A stretch of DNA of 64,000 nucleotides, from NCBI GenBank assembly GCA_965220965.1, contig OZ244852.1, forward strand, positions 1,856,001 to 1,920,000. Reading direction: 5' to 3'. The notes below the pieces were generated by a model. That model did no database searches and had not been told where the DNA came from. It saw only the letters and a list, made by a program, of their open reading frames with translations. Within the stretch, counting starts at the first letter, position 1, and every line of letters begins with the position of its first letter. Position numbers and translations under genes: made by a program. Of the stretch, positions 1-9,031 are shown in pieces. Origin of the DNA: Candidatus Marinacidobacterium sp. (GTDB lineage: Bacteria > Acidobacteriota > Vicinamibacteria > Marinacidobacterales > Marinacidobacteraceae).

Positions 1-317
1 TGGGCTTCTACGGCGGGTTCCTGCAGGCCGGAGTCGGTTTCCTGGCGCTCGGCGCGACGTCCTGGGCCGGGATCCCGCTGGTCGCCGGCAACGCCATCAA
101 GGTGGCCTGCATCTTCCTGTTCTCGATCGTCTCGCTCAGCGTCTTCGCGGCGGGGGGCGCGGTGGACTGGGTGGTCGGGATTCCCCTCTCGCTGGGGACT
201 CTCGCCGGCGCGCTGGTGGGCGCCCGGCTCACGCTGCGGGCGGGAGAACGCGTGCTGCGGGGCCTCGTTTCGGTCCTGACCCTGGCCTTCGCGGTCGCGC
301 TGTGGCTGCGGGCGTGA
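1..317 (+). CDS. Sulfite exporter TauE/SafE family membrane protein, 5' truncated by the window edge
   Basis: Frame from nt 3 reads GFYGGFLQAGVGF...GNAIKV...VDWVVGIPLSLGTLAGALVGARL, typical TauE/SafE hydrophobic motifs; TGA at 315-317. Confidence 0.8.
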   Translation, partial: GFYGGFLQAGVGFLALGATSWAGIPLVAGNAIKVACIFLFSIVSLSVFAAGGAVDWVVGIPLSLGTLAGALVGARLTLRAGERVLRGLVSVLTLAFAVALWLRA

Positions 318-1519
318 CTCCAGCTCCGTGGGAGATTTCGGCGAACGCCGAACCCCACCGCCGGCATCGGCTGGAGCCTCCGGGACCGTTCCCGCTCGAG
401 CACGGCGCGGTCCTGCCCCGGATCCGGATCGCGTGCGAGACCTGGGGTGAGCCCGACCCTCCGGAGAACCCGGCGAACGCCGTCCTGATCTGCCCGGCGC
501 TCTCGGCGGACGCCCACGCCGCCGGGCCGGGTGGAGGCCCCGAATCGGCGGTCGACGGGTTCGGCGCCGGGGAGACGCATGCGGCGGACCCCGGACTCGG
601 CTGGTGGGACCCCATGATCGGCCCCGACAAGGCGTTCGACACGAAGCGCTTCTACGTCATCTGCATGAGCCTGCTCGGCGGGTGCGGGGGCGCAACCGGT
701 CCGCCCAGCCGGAACCCCTCCACCGGCCGCCGCTTCGGCCGCGATTTCCCGGTCATCACGGTCGGAGACATCGCGCGCGCCAGCCGCGCGGGCCTCCGGG
801 AGCTGGGCGTCCGTCGACTCGCGGGGATCGCCGGAGGATCGCTCGGCGGCATGCAGGCGCTCGAATGGGCGGCGGCCTTCCCGGACGAGGTGGAAGCGGT
901 CGTGGGGGTGGCGACCACCGCCGGCCTCTCGGCGCAGGGGATCGGCTGGAACTGGGTCGCCCGCGAGGCGATCGCGGGCGATCTCTCGCAGCGGGAGGGC
1001 CGCCGCGGCGAATCGGACGCCGGACCCTCGGGGCTCCGGGTGGCCCGGATGGTCGGGCACCTCACCTACCTGTCGGCGCAGGGGATGGCGGAGCGCTTCG
1101 GGCGGGACCTCCAGGACCAGGACGAGGCGTCGGGCGATCTGCGCGCGGCCGACTTTGCCGTCGAGTCCTACCTCCGCCATCAGGCGGACAAATTCGTCCG
1201 TCGGTTCGACCCGGACGCCTACCTGCGGCTCTCCCACGCGCTCACCCGCTTCGACCTGGCGCGGCGCCACGGCGGGGGCGCTCTGGAAGCCGCCGCCGCG
1301 AAGTTCCGCTGCCGCACCCTCCTCCTCTCCTTCACCTCGGATTGGCTATACCCTTCCGCCGACTCGCGAAGGCTCGCCGCCGCCCTTCAGTCGTGCGGGA
1401 AACCGGTGGTCCACGAGGAGATCCGCACGACCTACGGCCATGACTCCTTTCTTCTCGAGGCGCGCAGGATGACCCCCATCATCCGGTCCTTCCTGATGGG
1501 CGCGGAGGGCGCTCGGTGA
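314..1519 (+). CDS. metX: Homoserine O-acetyltransferase (alpha/beta hydrolase)
   Basis: NAVLICPALSADAHAAG, GWWDPMIGP, nucleophile GGSLGGMQ, FTSDWLYP, GHDSFLLE; GTG 314 overlaps upstream TGA. Confidence 0.92.
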   Translation: MTPAPWEISANAEPHRRHRLEPPGPFPLEHGAVLPRIRIACETWGEPDPPENPANAVLICPALSADAHAAGPGGGPESAVDGFGAGETHAADPGLGWWDPMIGPDKAFDTKRFYVICMSLLGGCGGATGPPSRNPSTGRRFGRDFPVITVGDIARASRAGLRELGVRRLAGIAGGSLGGMQALEWAAAFPDEVEAVVGVATTAGLSAQGIGWNWVAREAIAGDLSQREGRRGESDAGPSGLRVARMVGHLTYLSAQGMAERFGRDLQDQDEASGDLRAADFAVESYLRHQADKFVRRFDPDAYLRLSHALTRFDLARRHGGGALEAAAAKFRCRTLLLSFTSDWLYPSADSRRLAAALQSCGKPVVHEEIRTTYGHDSFLLEARRMTPIIRSFLMGAEGAR

Positions 1520-2868
1520 CGGATCCCGCCGCCGGCGAACGCGGTTTCGGTTTCTCCACCCGCGCCGTCCACGCCGGGTCGCGCCCGGAGCCCTACACCG
1601 GCGCCCGGGCGACGCCGATCTTCCAGACGACGAGCTACGTCTTCGAGGACCCGGAAGCGGCGGCCGCCTACTTCAACCTGCAGGAGTACGGGAACACCTA
1701 CTCGCGGATCGTGAACCCCACGGTCGCCGCGCTCGAGGAGCGGATCGCGAGCCTCGAGGGCGCGGTCGGGGCGGTCGCCTTCGCCTCCGGCCTCGCGGCC
1801 CAGGCGGCGACGTTCTTCACCGTCCTGCGGCCGGGAGACCACCTGGTGGCGTCGCGGGCGCTCTACGGCGGGACGCTGACGCAGATCCGGCACCTCTCCC
1901 GGAAACTCGGCTTCGAGGTCTCGTTCGTGGATCCCGACCGGCTGGAAGCCTGGGAGGAGGCGGCGCGGGACGAGACCCGCCTCTTCTTCGGCGAGACGAT
2001 CGGCAACCCCGGGGGCAACGTGCTGGACATCGAGGCGGTTGCGGGGGCGGCTCACCGACGCGGGATCCCGCTCATGGTGGACAGCACGTTCGCCACTCCG
2101 TGGCTGTGCCGGCCGCTGGAGTGGGGGGCGGACATCGTGGTCCACTCCACCACCAAGTTCCTCGGCGGGCACGGGACGAGCATCGGGGGGATCGTGGCCG
2201 AATCGGGCCGGTTCCCCTGGGGGAACGGCAAGTTCCCGGGCATCTCCGAGCCCTCTCCCGCCTACCACGGCCTCGCGTTCCCGGCGACCTTCGGCGAATA
2301 CGGTTTCCTGATGAAGCTGCGCGCCGAGACGCTGCGGGACCTCGGCGCCTGCATGTCGCCGTTCAACGCGTTCCTCTTCTCGCTCGGGGTGGAGACCCTC
2401 CCGCTCCGGATGGAGCGCCACACCGCGAACAGCCTGGCGGTGGCGCGGTTCCTCGCCGGTCGCCCCGAAGTGGCCTCGGTGGCGCACCCCGGGCTGCCGG
2501 AGAGCCGCTACGCGCCGCTGGTGGCCAAATACCTGCCGCGCGGGGCGGGGGCCGTCTTCTCGTTCGACCTGAAGGGGGGCCGGGCCGCCGGAGTGCGATT
2601 CATCGAAGCGCTGAACCTCTTCTCCCACCTCGCGAACGTGGGGGACGCCAAGAGCCTGGTGATCCACCCGGCGAGCACGACCCACCGGCAGCTCAGCGAG
2701 TCCGAGCTGGAGGGCGCCGGCATCTCGCCGGGAACGATCCGGCTGTCGGTGGGAATCGAGGATCCCGAGGACCTGGTCGGGGACCTGTCCCGGGGACTCG
2801 AAGCCGCGGCGGCGCCCCCGGGCGACGCCGGAACCGAAACCGCGGAGGCGCTCGCATGCCCCGCGTGA
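1516..2868 (+). CDS. metY: O-acetylhomoserine aminocarboxypropyltransferase / sulfhydrylase (PLP)
   Basis: PIFQTTSYVF, YSRIVNPT, HSTTKFLGGHG (PLP Lys), HLANVGDAKSLVIHPASTTH; GTGA overlap with metX. Confidence 0.92.
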   Translation: MTDPAAGERGFGFSTRAVHAGSRPEPYTGARATPIFQTTSYVFEDPEAAAAYFNLQEYGNTYSRIVNPTVAALEERIASLEGAVGAVAFASGLAAQAATFFTVLRPGDHLVASRALYGGTLTQIRHLSRKLGFEVSFVDPDRLEAWEEAARDETRLFFGETIGNPGGNVLDIEAVAGAAHRRGIPLMVDSTFATPWLCRPLEWGADIVVHSTTKFLGGHGTSIGGIVAESGRFPWGNGKFPGISEPSPAYHGLAFPATFGEYGFLMKLRAETLRDLGACMSPFNAFLFSLGVETLPLRMERHTANSLAVARFLAGRPEVASVAHPGLPESRYAPLVAKYLPRGAGAVFSFDLKGGRAAGVRFIEALNLFSHLANVGDAKSLVIHPASTTHRQLSESELEGAGISPGTIRLSVGIEDPEDLVGDLSRGLEAAAAPPGDAGTETAEALACPA

Positions 2869-3398
2869 TCGCCTGCGACCGCCCGCCGCCGACGCCGGCG
2901 GGCGCGGCTTCGGGGCCCGACCTCTCCCGCTACCAGGACGACGACGCGATCCGCCGCGTGCTGTCGTCGGCGCGCACCATCGCCATCGTCGGCCTCTCCC
3001 CGAAGGAGCTCCGGGCGAGCTACTTCGTGGGCTTCTATCTCCAGCGCAACGGCTACCGCATCCTGCCGGTGAATCCGAGGGAGAAGGAGATCCTCGGGGA
3101 GAGGTGTTATCCGAGCGTGGCGGACCTTCCGCACCCGGTGGACGTGGTGAACGTGTTCCGGGCGCCGGCGGCCGTCCCCGGGATCGTCGAAGAGTGCGCC
3201 GGCAGGACGAAGGCGCTGTGGCTCCAGTACGAGGTCATCCACGAGGAGGCGGCGGCCCGCGCCCTGGAGCTCGGCATCGAGGTCGTGATGGACCGGTGCA
3301 TGAAGGTCGAACACGCCCGCCACCTGGGCCGGCTCCACTGGCTCGGATTCGCCACCCGGCGGATTGGAGCGCGGCGCGACGAGAGCGCCGGCGCCTGA
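2856..3398 (+). CDS. CoA-binding protein (YccU-like)
   Basis: ATG 2856 in the 2100..3398 frame; TIAIVGLSPKELRASYFVGFYLQRNGYRILPVNP, VDVVNVFR, VVMDRCMKVEH. Confidence 0.88.
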   Translation: MPRVIACDRPPPTPAGAASGPDLSRYQDDDAIRRVLSSARTIAIVGLSPKELRASYFVGFYLQRNGYRILPVNPREKEILGERCYPSVADLPHPVDVVNVFRAPAAVPGIVEECAGRTKALWLQYEVIHEEAAARALELGIEVVMDRCMKVEHARHLGRLHWLGFATRRIGARRDESAGA

Positions 3399-4024
3399 TG
3401 GGGGCCGAAGCAGGGAAACAACCGGCCCGGTCGCCGCGAACGCGCAGCACGATCCTGCGCCAGTTCGTCCAGAACCCGAGAGAGGTCGGGTCGCTCCACC
3501 CAAGCTCGCGCTCGCTCGGAGACGCGGTGGCCGCCGCGGTGCGCTGGCCGGAAGGGGGGCTGGTGGTCGAGGCGGGCCCCGGCGACGGAGCGATCACCGA
3601 GCGCCTGCTCGCGGCGAAGCCGGCGGGCGTGCGCCTGCTGGCGGTCGAGCTGAACCCCGACTGCGCCAGCGCGCTCCGGGCGAGGATCCCCGATGTGGAG
3701 GTCGTCGTGGACGACCTGGCGAACCTCGTGGAGATCTGCGAGCGGAAGGGGCTCGACCGGCCGGCGGCGATCGTCGCCACCCTGCCGTGGTCCGTGTTGC
3801 CGCGGGAACGCCAGCGGGTGCTCGCGGAAGCGATCCTGAGCGCGCTGGCGCCGGGAGGGCAACTGCTCTTCTACATCTATGTGCAGGCGATCCCGTTCTG
3901 GCGCAGGTCGCCGTTCGCCCGGATCCTCGCGTCGCGTTTCTCCGTGATGGATCGGGGCGCGATCCTGTGGAAGAACCTGCCGCCGGCGGTGGTGCTGGAC
4001 TGCCGGGGCCTCCGACCCGAATAA
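3398..4024 (+). CDS. Class I SAM-dependent methyltransferase, phospholipid N-methyltransferase (PmtA)-like
   Basis: TGATG overlap; FVQNPREVGSLHPSSRSL, VVEAGPGDGAIT, WKNLPPAVV. Confidence 0.8.
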   Translation: MGAEAGKQPARSPRTRSTILRQFVQNPREVGSLHPSSRSLGDAVAAAVRWPEGGLVVEAGPGDGAITERLLAAKPAGVRLLAVELNPDCASALRARIPDVEVVVDDLANLVEICERKGLDRPAAIVATLPWSVLPRERQRVLAEAILSALAPGGQLLFYIYVQAIPFWRRSPFARILASRFSVMDRGAILWKNLPPAVVLDCRGLRPE

Positions 4025-4080
4025 GGGATCGTCGACAGGAGCGTTCCGGAGGGCCGGCGCCCCGAAGGCGGGAAGTCCCG

Positions 4081-5148
4081 TTACCGGATCCGGGCGGAGC
4101 CAAGGCAGCGCGTCCCGTCGTAGAAGACCGCGAACTGGCCGGGGGCGATCCCGGGGTCCGGCGCATCGAGCGACACCTCGGCCCGGCCCCCGTCCCCGAG
4201 CGTGAGGTTCGCCGGGAGGAGATCGGGGCCGTGGCGGACGCGCAGCAGCAACCGGTGGTCCCCGGGACCCGGACCGGCCGCCGACCCGATCCAGTGCAGG
4301 TCGCCGACCGGAAAGCCACGGACCGGGCGGCCGGCGCCGCGACGCACCACGACCCGGTTCTCCCCGGCGTCCTTCCCCACCACGAACCACGGTCCGCCGG
4401 ACAGCCCGAGTCCCCGGCGCTGCCCGACGGTGAACAGCCAGTGCCCGCCATGGACGCCGATCTCGCGGCCCGACTCCTCCTCCACCACCGGGCCGGGACG
4501 CTCCCCGAGGTGGGCGCGGACGAAGTCCCGGTAGCGCACGCCCCCCAGAAAACAGATTCCCTGGCTGTCGGGCCGGCGGCTGGGCGCGAGGCCCAGTTCG
4601 CCCGCGATGCGGCGCACCTCCGACTTCGCCAGGCCGCCCACCGGGAACCGCAGCCGCCCGAGCTGGCGCTCCGAGATGCGCGACAGGAAGTAGGTCTGGT
4701 CCTTGACCGGGTCGGCGGCGCGGTGGAGTTCGGGACCGTCCGGGCCATCCGCCCGAACCGCGTAGTGGCCGGTCGCCAGCGCCTCGAAGCGTCGCGGCGT
4801 CAACTCGGCCTCCATCCACTCCGGGAAGGCGCCGAACTTGACCCGGGCGTTGCAGAACAGGTCGGGGCTGGGCGTCCGCCCGGCGGCGAGCTCGTCGAGC
4901 AGATAGGTCACGACCCGCTCGCGGTAGGAGCGCTGGAGCGAGGCGACGTGAAGGCGGACCCCGAGCTGACGGGTGACCGCCCGCGCGAAGCGGAGGTCTT
5001 CCTCCCAGGGGCAGGTCCCGAGGAAGTCCAGTTCGTCCTCCAGCCAGACCTTCAGGTAGAACGCCTCCACATCGTGTCCCTCCCGCACCAGCAGCGAGAG
5101 CGCCACGGCGCTGTCCACGCCACCGGAGACGAGCGCGGCGATCGGCAT
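4081..5148 (-). CDS. mnmA: tRNA 2-thiouridine(34) synthase
   Basis: ATG 5148; SGGVDS PP-loop, TPSPDLFCN, LATGHY, KDQTYFL, DSQGICF, FTVGQRRGLG, APGQFAVFY. Confidence 0.95.
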   Translation of the reverse strand: MPIAALVSGGVDSAVALSLLVREGHDVEAFYLKVWLEDELDFLGTCPWEEDLRFARAVTRQLGVRLHVASLQRSYRERVVTYLLDELAAGRTPSPDLFCNARVKFGAFPEWMEAELTPRRFEALATGHYAVRADGPDGPELHRAADPVKDQTYFLSRISERQLGRLRFPVGGLAKSEVRRIAGELGLAPSRRPDSQGICFLGGVRYRDFVRAHLGERPGPVVEEESGREIGVHGGHWLFTVGQRRGLGLSGGPWFVVGKDAGENRVVVRRGAGRPVRGFPVGDLHWIGSAAGPGPGDHRLLLRVRHGPDLLPANLTLGDGGRAEVSLDAPDPGIAPGQFAVFYDGTRCLGSARIR

Positions 5149-5247
5149 GGCGGTTCCCGGCCGGAAGTCTCTCCCAGCGGACTGCGGGAAGGCCCCGCGG
5201 CGTAGACCCGCGGCGTAGAATCGCCACTCAAGACGCGGGAGAGGCCG

Positions 5248-5727
5248 ATGAACGATTCCCCACCCCCGGGCGGACAGGGGGCGCCGACGCCCGGCAGCCT
5301 GGTCGCCATCTGGGCCAAGGGCGCCAAGGGGCAGCCGATGATCCCGCAAGACCACGGCGAACTCATCGCGGGTGAGGGTCTCGCGGGCTCCGCGCCGGCG
5401 CGGGGACTGCGGCAGATCACCGTCCTGTCGCGGGAGGCGTGGCGACGGGCCGCCAACGAGGCGGGGTGGCCGGACGCGGACCCGGCGCTGCGGCGGGCGA
5501 ACCTGCTCGTCGCCGGGGTGGACCTCGAGGAAAGCCGCGGGCGGACCCTCGCCGTTGGCGACGCCCGCATCCGGATCCACGGCGAGACGACTCCCTGCGA
5601 GCGCATGGACGCCGAGGCGCTGCCGCTCCGGGAAGCGCTCGGTCCGGAGTGGCGCGGGGGCGCATTCGGCCAGATCCTGGTGGGCGGAACGATCCGGCCG
5701 GGCGACCCGGTCGCCTGGAGCGACTGA
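5248..5727 (+). CDS. MOSC domain-containing protein
   Basis: RQITVLS, RRANLLVAG, GETTPCERMD, GGTIRPGD; SD-like GGGAGAGG upstream. Confidence 0.8.
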   Translation: MNDSPPPGGQGAPTPGSLVAIWAKGAKGQPMIPQDHGELIAGEGLAGSAPARGLRQITVLSREAWRRAANEAGWPDADPALRRANLLVAGVDLEESRGRTLAVGDARIRIHGETTPCERMDAEALPLREALGPEWRGGAFGQILVGGTIRPGDPVAWSD

Positions 5728-5777
5728 TCGCCGGCCCCGACACGGAGCACGGGACTCTCCCGGCGGCGGCCGGTCCG

Positions 5778-7232
5778 ATGAGTTCCCCGCCGCCGCCTGC
5801 GCGGCCACGCGGGGCGGCGGGCCCGCTCCGCCCGGTGGGCCCGCTGCCCCCGGACGCCAGCGGCCCGGAGGGCGACGCCCGCCGGGTGGCGCTCGCGGTG
5901 CGGCGCGCCGGCGGAAGGGCGCTGGTGGTGGGCGGCTACGTGCGGGACCGGATGCTGTCGGGCGCCTCGGGCGGCGAGCCGGATCTCGAGGTCTTCGGCC
6001 TGACGGCGCGAGACCTGGAACGCGCGCTCCGGCCGCTCGGGAGAATCCACCGCGTCGGGCGGGCCTTCCCGGTGCTCCGGATCGGCGGGCTGGCGGTGGA
6101 AGTCGCCCTGCCCCGTCGGGAGTCCAAGACCGGTCCCGGCCACCTCGGCTTCGCGGTCCAGGCCGACCCGTTCATGTCGTTCGCCGAAGCCGCCGGCCGG
6201 CGGGACCTGACGCTGAACTCGATCGGCCTCGATCCCCTCACCGGCGAGGTGCTCGATCCCTGCGGGGGAGTCCGGGATCTCACCGGGCGCCGGATGCGCG
6301 CCACCGACCCGGCGAGGTTCGGCGAAGACCCGCTCCGCGCGCTGCGGGTCGCGGCGTTCGCCTCGCGGTTCGGCTTCACCGCCGATGAGGCGCTCGCCCG
6401 GCTCTGCGCCGGCCTCGACCTGGCCGAACTCAGCCCCGAACGCATCTTCGACGAGCTCTCGAAGCTGCTGTCGGGTCGCTCTCCTTCGCTCGGGTTCCGG
6501 TTCCTGGCGGACACCGGTCTCCTCCGCTTTCTTCCCGAAGTGGACGCGCTGCGGCGCGCCCCCCGGGACCCGGAGAGGCCCGAAGTGGATGCGCTCGATC
6601 CCACGCTCGCGGCGCTCGACCATGCGGCGGGCGCGGCGCCGGAGGATCCCGGAGAACGACAGGTCTTCCGGTGGGCCGTGCTCTGCCGCGACCTGGGCGG
6701 GCCCTCCGCCACCGGGCGCCGCGCGGACGACGCGCCGGCGCCGGCGCGCGATACCGCCGGAGCGGCGTCGGCCCGGCGCTTTCTGGAACGGTTGCGGGCG
6801 CCGCGCGCGCTCGTCGAGGCGGTCGAGGCGCTGACCCGCTGGCGTTCAGCGGTCGCAAGCCTCGGCCGCCGGGACGGCGCAAGGGCCGCCTACCGCCAAC
6901 TGGCGCGCGACCTGGCCGCCGCCGGCGTGAACCTCGAGATGCTGCTCCGGGTCGCCGCCGCGCACCGGGCGGGTCGGGGACGGTTTCCCGAGGGGGAGGC
7001 GTTCCGCGAACGGGCGCTGGACCTCGGCGTGTTCCGCTCCGCGCCCACCGACGCGGTCACCGGCCGCCATGTCCTCGCCCGGGACATCGCTCCCGGGAAG
7101 GCGGTGGGCCGCATCCTCGCGCGGTGCCGGGAGCTGGAGGACGAAGGCGTCGAGACCGACCCGGAACGGCTCCTCGACCGGGCCCTCGCGGAGATGGATC
7201 GGGGGACTACGCAAAGGAGACCGCCGGCATGA
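5778..7232 (+). CDS. cca: CCA tRNA nucleotidyltransferase (class II), degenerate HD domain
   Basis: VGGYVRD, RRDLTLN, FGEDPLRALRVAAFASRF, LSPERIFDELSKLL; start approximate. Confidence 0.82.
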   Translation: MSSPPPPARPRGAAGPLRPVGPLPPDASGPEGDARRVALAVRRAGGRALVVGGYVRDRMLSGASGGEPDLEVFGLTARDLERALRPLGRIHRVGRAFPVLRIGGLAVEVALPRRESKTGPGHLGFAVQADPFMSFAEAAGRRDLTLNSIGLDPLTGEVLDPCGGVRDLTGRRMRATDPARFGEDPLRALRVAAFASRFGFTADEALARLCAGLDLAELSPERIFDELSKLLSGRSPSLGFRFLADTGLLRFLPEVDALRRAPRDPERPEVDALDPTLAALDHAAGAAPEDPGERQVFRWAVLCRDLGGPSATGRRADDAPAPARDTAGAASARRFLERLRAPRALVEAVEALTRWRSAVASLGRRDGARAAYRQLARDLAAAGVNLEMLLRVAAAHRAGRGRFPEGEAFRERALDLGVFRSAPTDAVTGRHVLARDIAPGKAVGRILARCRELEDEGVETDPERLLDRALAEMDRGTTQRRPPA

Positions 7233-8230
7233 AGCAACAGGACGCGATCCCTGCCCCGCCGCCCCGCCCCGATGTGGTGCGGCCCACCACCTGGATCGGG
7301 ACCGAACGGCTCCGGCGCTCGCTCGGCCTCTCCGTCACGCTGGTCGCGGAGACGTTCCAGCGCACCGGGAGCTTCAAGTTCCGGGCGGCGTATCACCGGG
7401 CCCGGGGCGCGAAGGCGGCTCACCTGGTCGCCGCCTCGTCCGGGAATTTCGGGCAGGCGCTGGCCTGCGCCTGCCGCCTGCTCGGCAAGCGGGCCACGAT
7501 CGTGATGCCCGAGACATCCGCCCGGGTCAAGATCGAAGCCGTCCGGAGCCACGGGGCGCGGGTGGAGCTGACCGACGTGCGGCGCGAGCCGAGGGAGGCC
7601 GTGGTCCAGCGGATCCTGGCGGCGGACCCCGAGGCCGAGGCCGCGAGCGCCTACGACGACCCACTGGTCATCGCCGGAAACGCGACCCTCGGCGTGGAGA
7701 TCGCCGGGCGGATCCGGGCGTGGCCCGAGGAGCGGCGGGCGCGTGCGGTCGTCGTGGTCCCGGTGGGCGGCGGCGGGATCAGCGCGGGAGTCGTCCTCGG
7801 TCTCGCCGCCGCCGGGCTTCCGGAAACGCCGGTGTTCGGAGCGGAGCCGCTTCTCGCGAACGACGCGGCGCGCTCGCTGCGCGAGGGCCAACTGGTGAGT
7901 CTCGGCCAGGAGGCGCCCACGCTCGCCGACGGGGCGCGCCTGCCGGTCATCGGGGACTGGAACTGGGCGGTGCTGAAGGACGGGCTTGCGGGCATCGTGG
8001 AGGTTCCGGAGGCCGGGATCGCCGAGGGCCTGCGCCGTCTCTTCCGGGAGGCGAACCTGAAGGCCGAGCCGACCGGAGCGCTCGGGGTCGGCGCGCTGCT
8101 GACCGAGCCCGAGCGGTTCCGCGACCGGGAAGTCCTCTGCGTCGTGACCGGAGGCAACGTGGACCCGCCGGTCTACGCGCGCATCCTGGAAGGCGCGAAC
8201 TCGGTCGCAGACGCCTACGGCGACAAATGA
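7229..8230 (+). CDS. Threonine/serine dehydratase family PLP enzyme
   Basis: ETFQRTGSFKFR, ASSGNFGQA, PVGGGG, AEPTGALGVGA, TGGNVD; ATGA overlap. Confidence 0.88.
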   Translation: MKQQDAIPAPPPRPDVVRPTTWIGTERLRRSLGLSVTLVAETFQRTGSFKFRAAYHRARGAKAAHLVAASSGNFGQALACACRLLGKRATIVMPETSARVKIEAVRSHGARVELTDVRREPREAVVQRILAADPEAEAASAYDDPLVIAGNATLGVEIAGRIRAWPEERRARAVVVVPVGGGGISAGVVLGLAAAGLPETPVFGAEPLLANDAARSLREGQLVSLGQEAPTLADGARLPVIGDWNWAVLKDGLAGIVEVPEAGIAEGLRRLFREANLKAEPTGALGVGALLTEPERFRDREVLCVVTGGNVDPPVYARILEGANSVADAYGDK

Positions 8231-8742
8231 CGCTCCGGCTGCTGCTGCTCCGGCACGCCAAGTCGGACTGGGGCGAGCCGACCCTCGCCGACCACGACCG
8301 GCCGCTCGCGCCCCGGGGTCGGCGGGACGCGCCGCGGATGGGGCGCTGGCTGGCGGAGCGCGGCCTCGCTCCCGCAGCGGCGGTGAGTTCGACCGCGGCG
8401 CGCGCCCGGGAGACGGCGCGGCTCGTCCTGCGGGCCGCAGGGGCTTCGCCAGACGGTCTGCGCCTCGACCCGGGCCTCTACGGCGCCGGGCCAAGCGAGA
8501 TCCTGCGAGTGGCGGCCGCCGCGCCCGGCGGTTCGCCGCTCCTGATCGTCGGGCACAACCCGGGGATGGAGCTGCTCGTGGGCGGGCTGGACAGGTCCGA
8601 GGTGGACAGGGCCCCCGGCCGCAAGCCCTTCCCCACCTGCGCGCTCGCGGTGGTCCGGGTGGAGGCCGTGACGTGGAGCGAACTCCCGGACGCGCCGCGG
8701 ACGCTCGAGGCGCTGATCCGCCCGAGGGAACTGGAGGGCTGA
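8227..8742 (+). CDS. sixA: Phosphohistidine phosphatase SixA family
   Basis: LLLLRHAKSDW, DHDRPLAPRG, SSTAARARET, IVGHNPG; ATGA overlap. Confidence 0.85.
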   Translation: MTLRLLLLRHAKSDWGEPTLADHDRPLAPRGRRDAPRMGRWLAERGLAPAAAVSSTAARARETARLVLRAAGASPDGLRLDPGLYGAGPSEILRVAAAAPGGSPLLIVGHNPGMELLVGGLDRSEVDRAPGRKPFPTCALAVVRVEAVTWSELPDAPRTLEALIRPRELEG

Positions 8743-8780
8743 GACCAAATCACCAGGTTGGTCCGACCCTCTGTCCCAGG

Positions 8781-8809
8781 TTGACAGGCCCCGACCCGCG
8801 GCGTACGGT
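8781..8809 (+). promoter_or_regulatory. Sigma70-type promoter for rpsU-purD-purE
   Basis: TTGACA (8781-8786), 17-nt spacer, TACGGT (8804-8809). Confidence 0.65.
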
Positions 8810-8836
8810 TCCGCTTCCGCCGGGCAAGGATCCGAA

Positions 8837-9031
8837 TTGGCAGAAATCATCGTTCAGGAAGGCGAGTCCATCGACGCCGCCGTCAAGCGCTTCAAGCGAC
8901 GCGTGCAGGCTGAGGACATCATCAAGGAGATCAAGCGGCACTCCTTCTATGTGAAGCCGGGCGACAAGCTGCGCGCCAAGCGCGCCGCGGCCCGCAAGCG
9001 GGCGCGCAAGCGCCGTCGCCGCACCCGCTGA
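8837..9031 (+). CDS. rpsU: 30S ribosomal protein S21
   Basis: [42 protein letters not shown]; TTG start with AAGGA SD. Confidence 0.95.
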   Translation: MAEIIVQEGESIDAAVKRFKRRVQAEDIIKEIKRHSFYVKPGDKLRAKRAAARKRARKRRRRTR

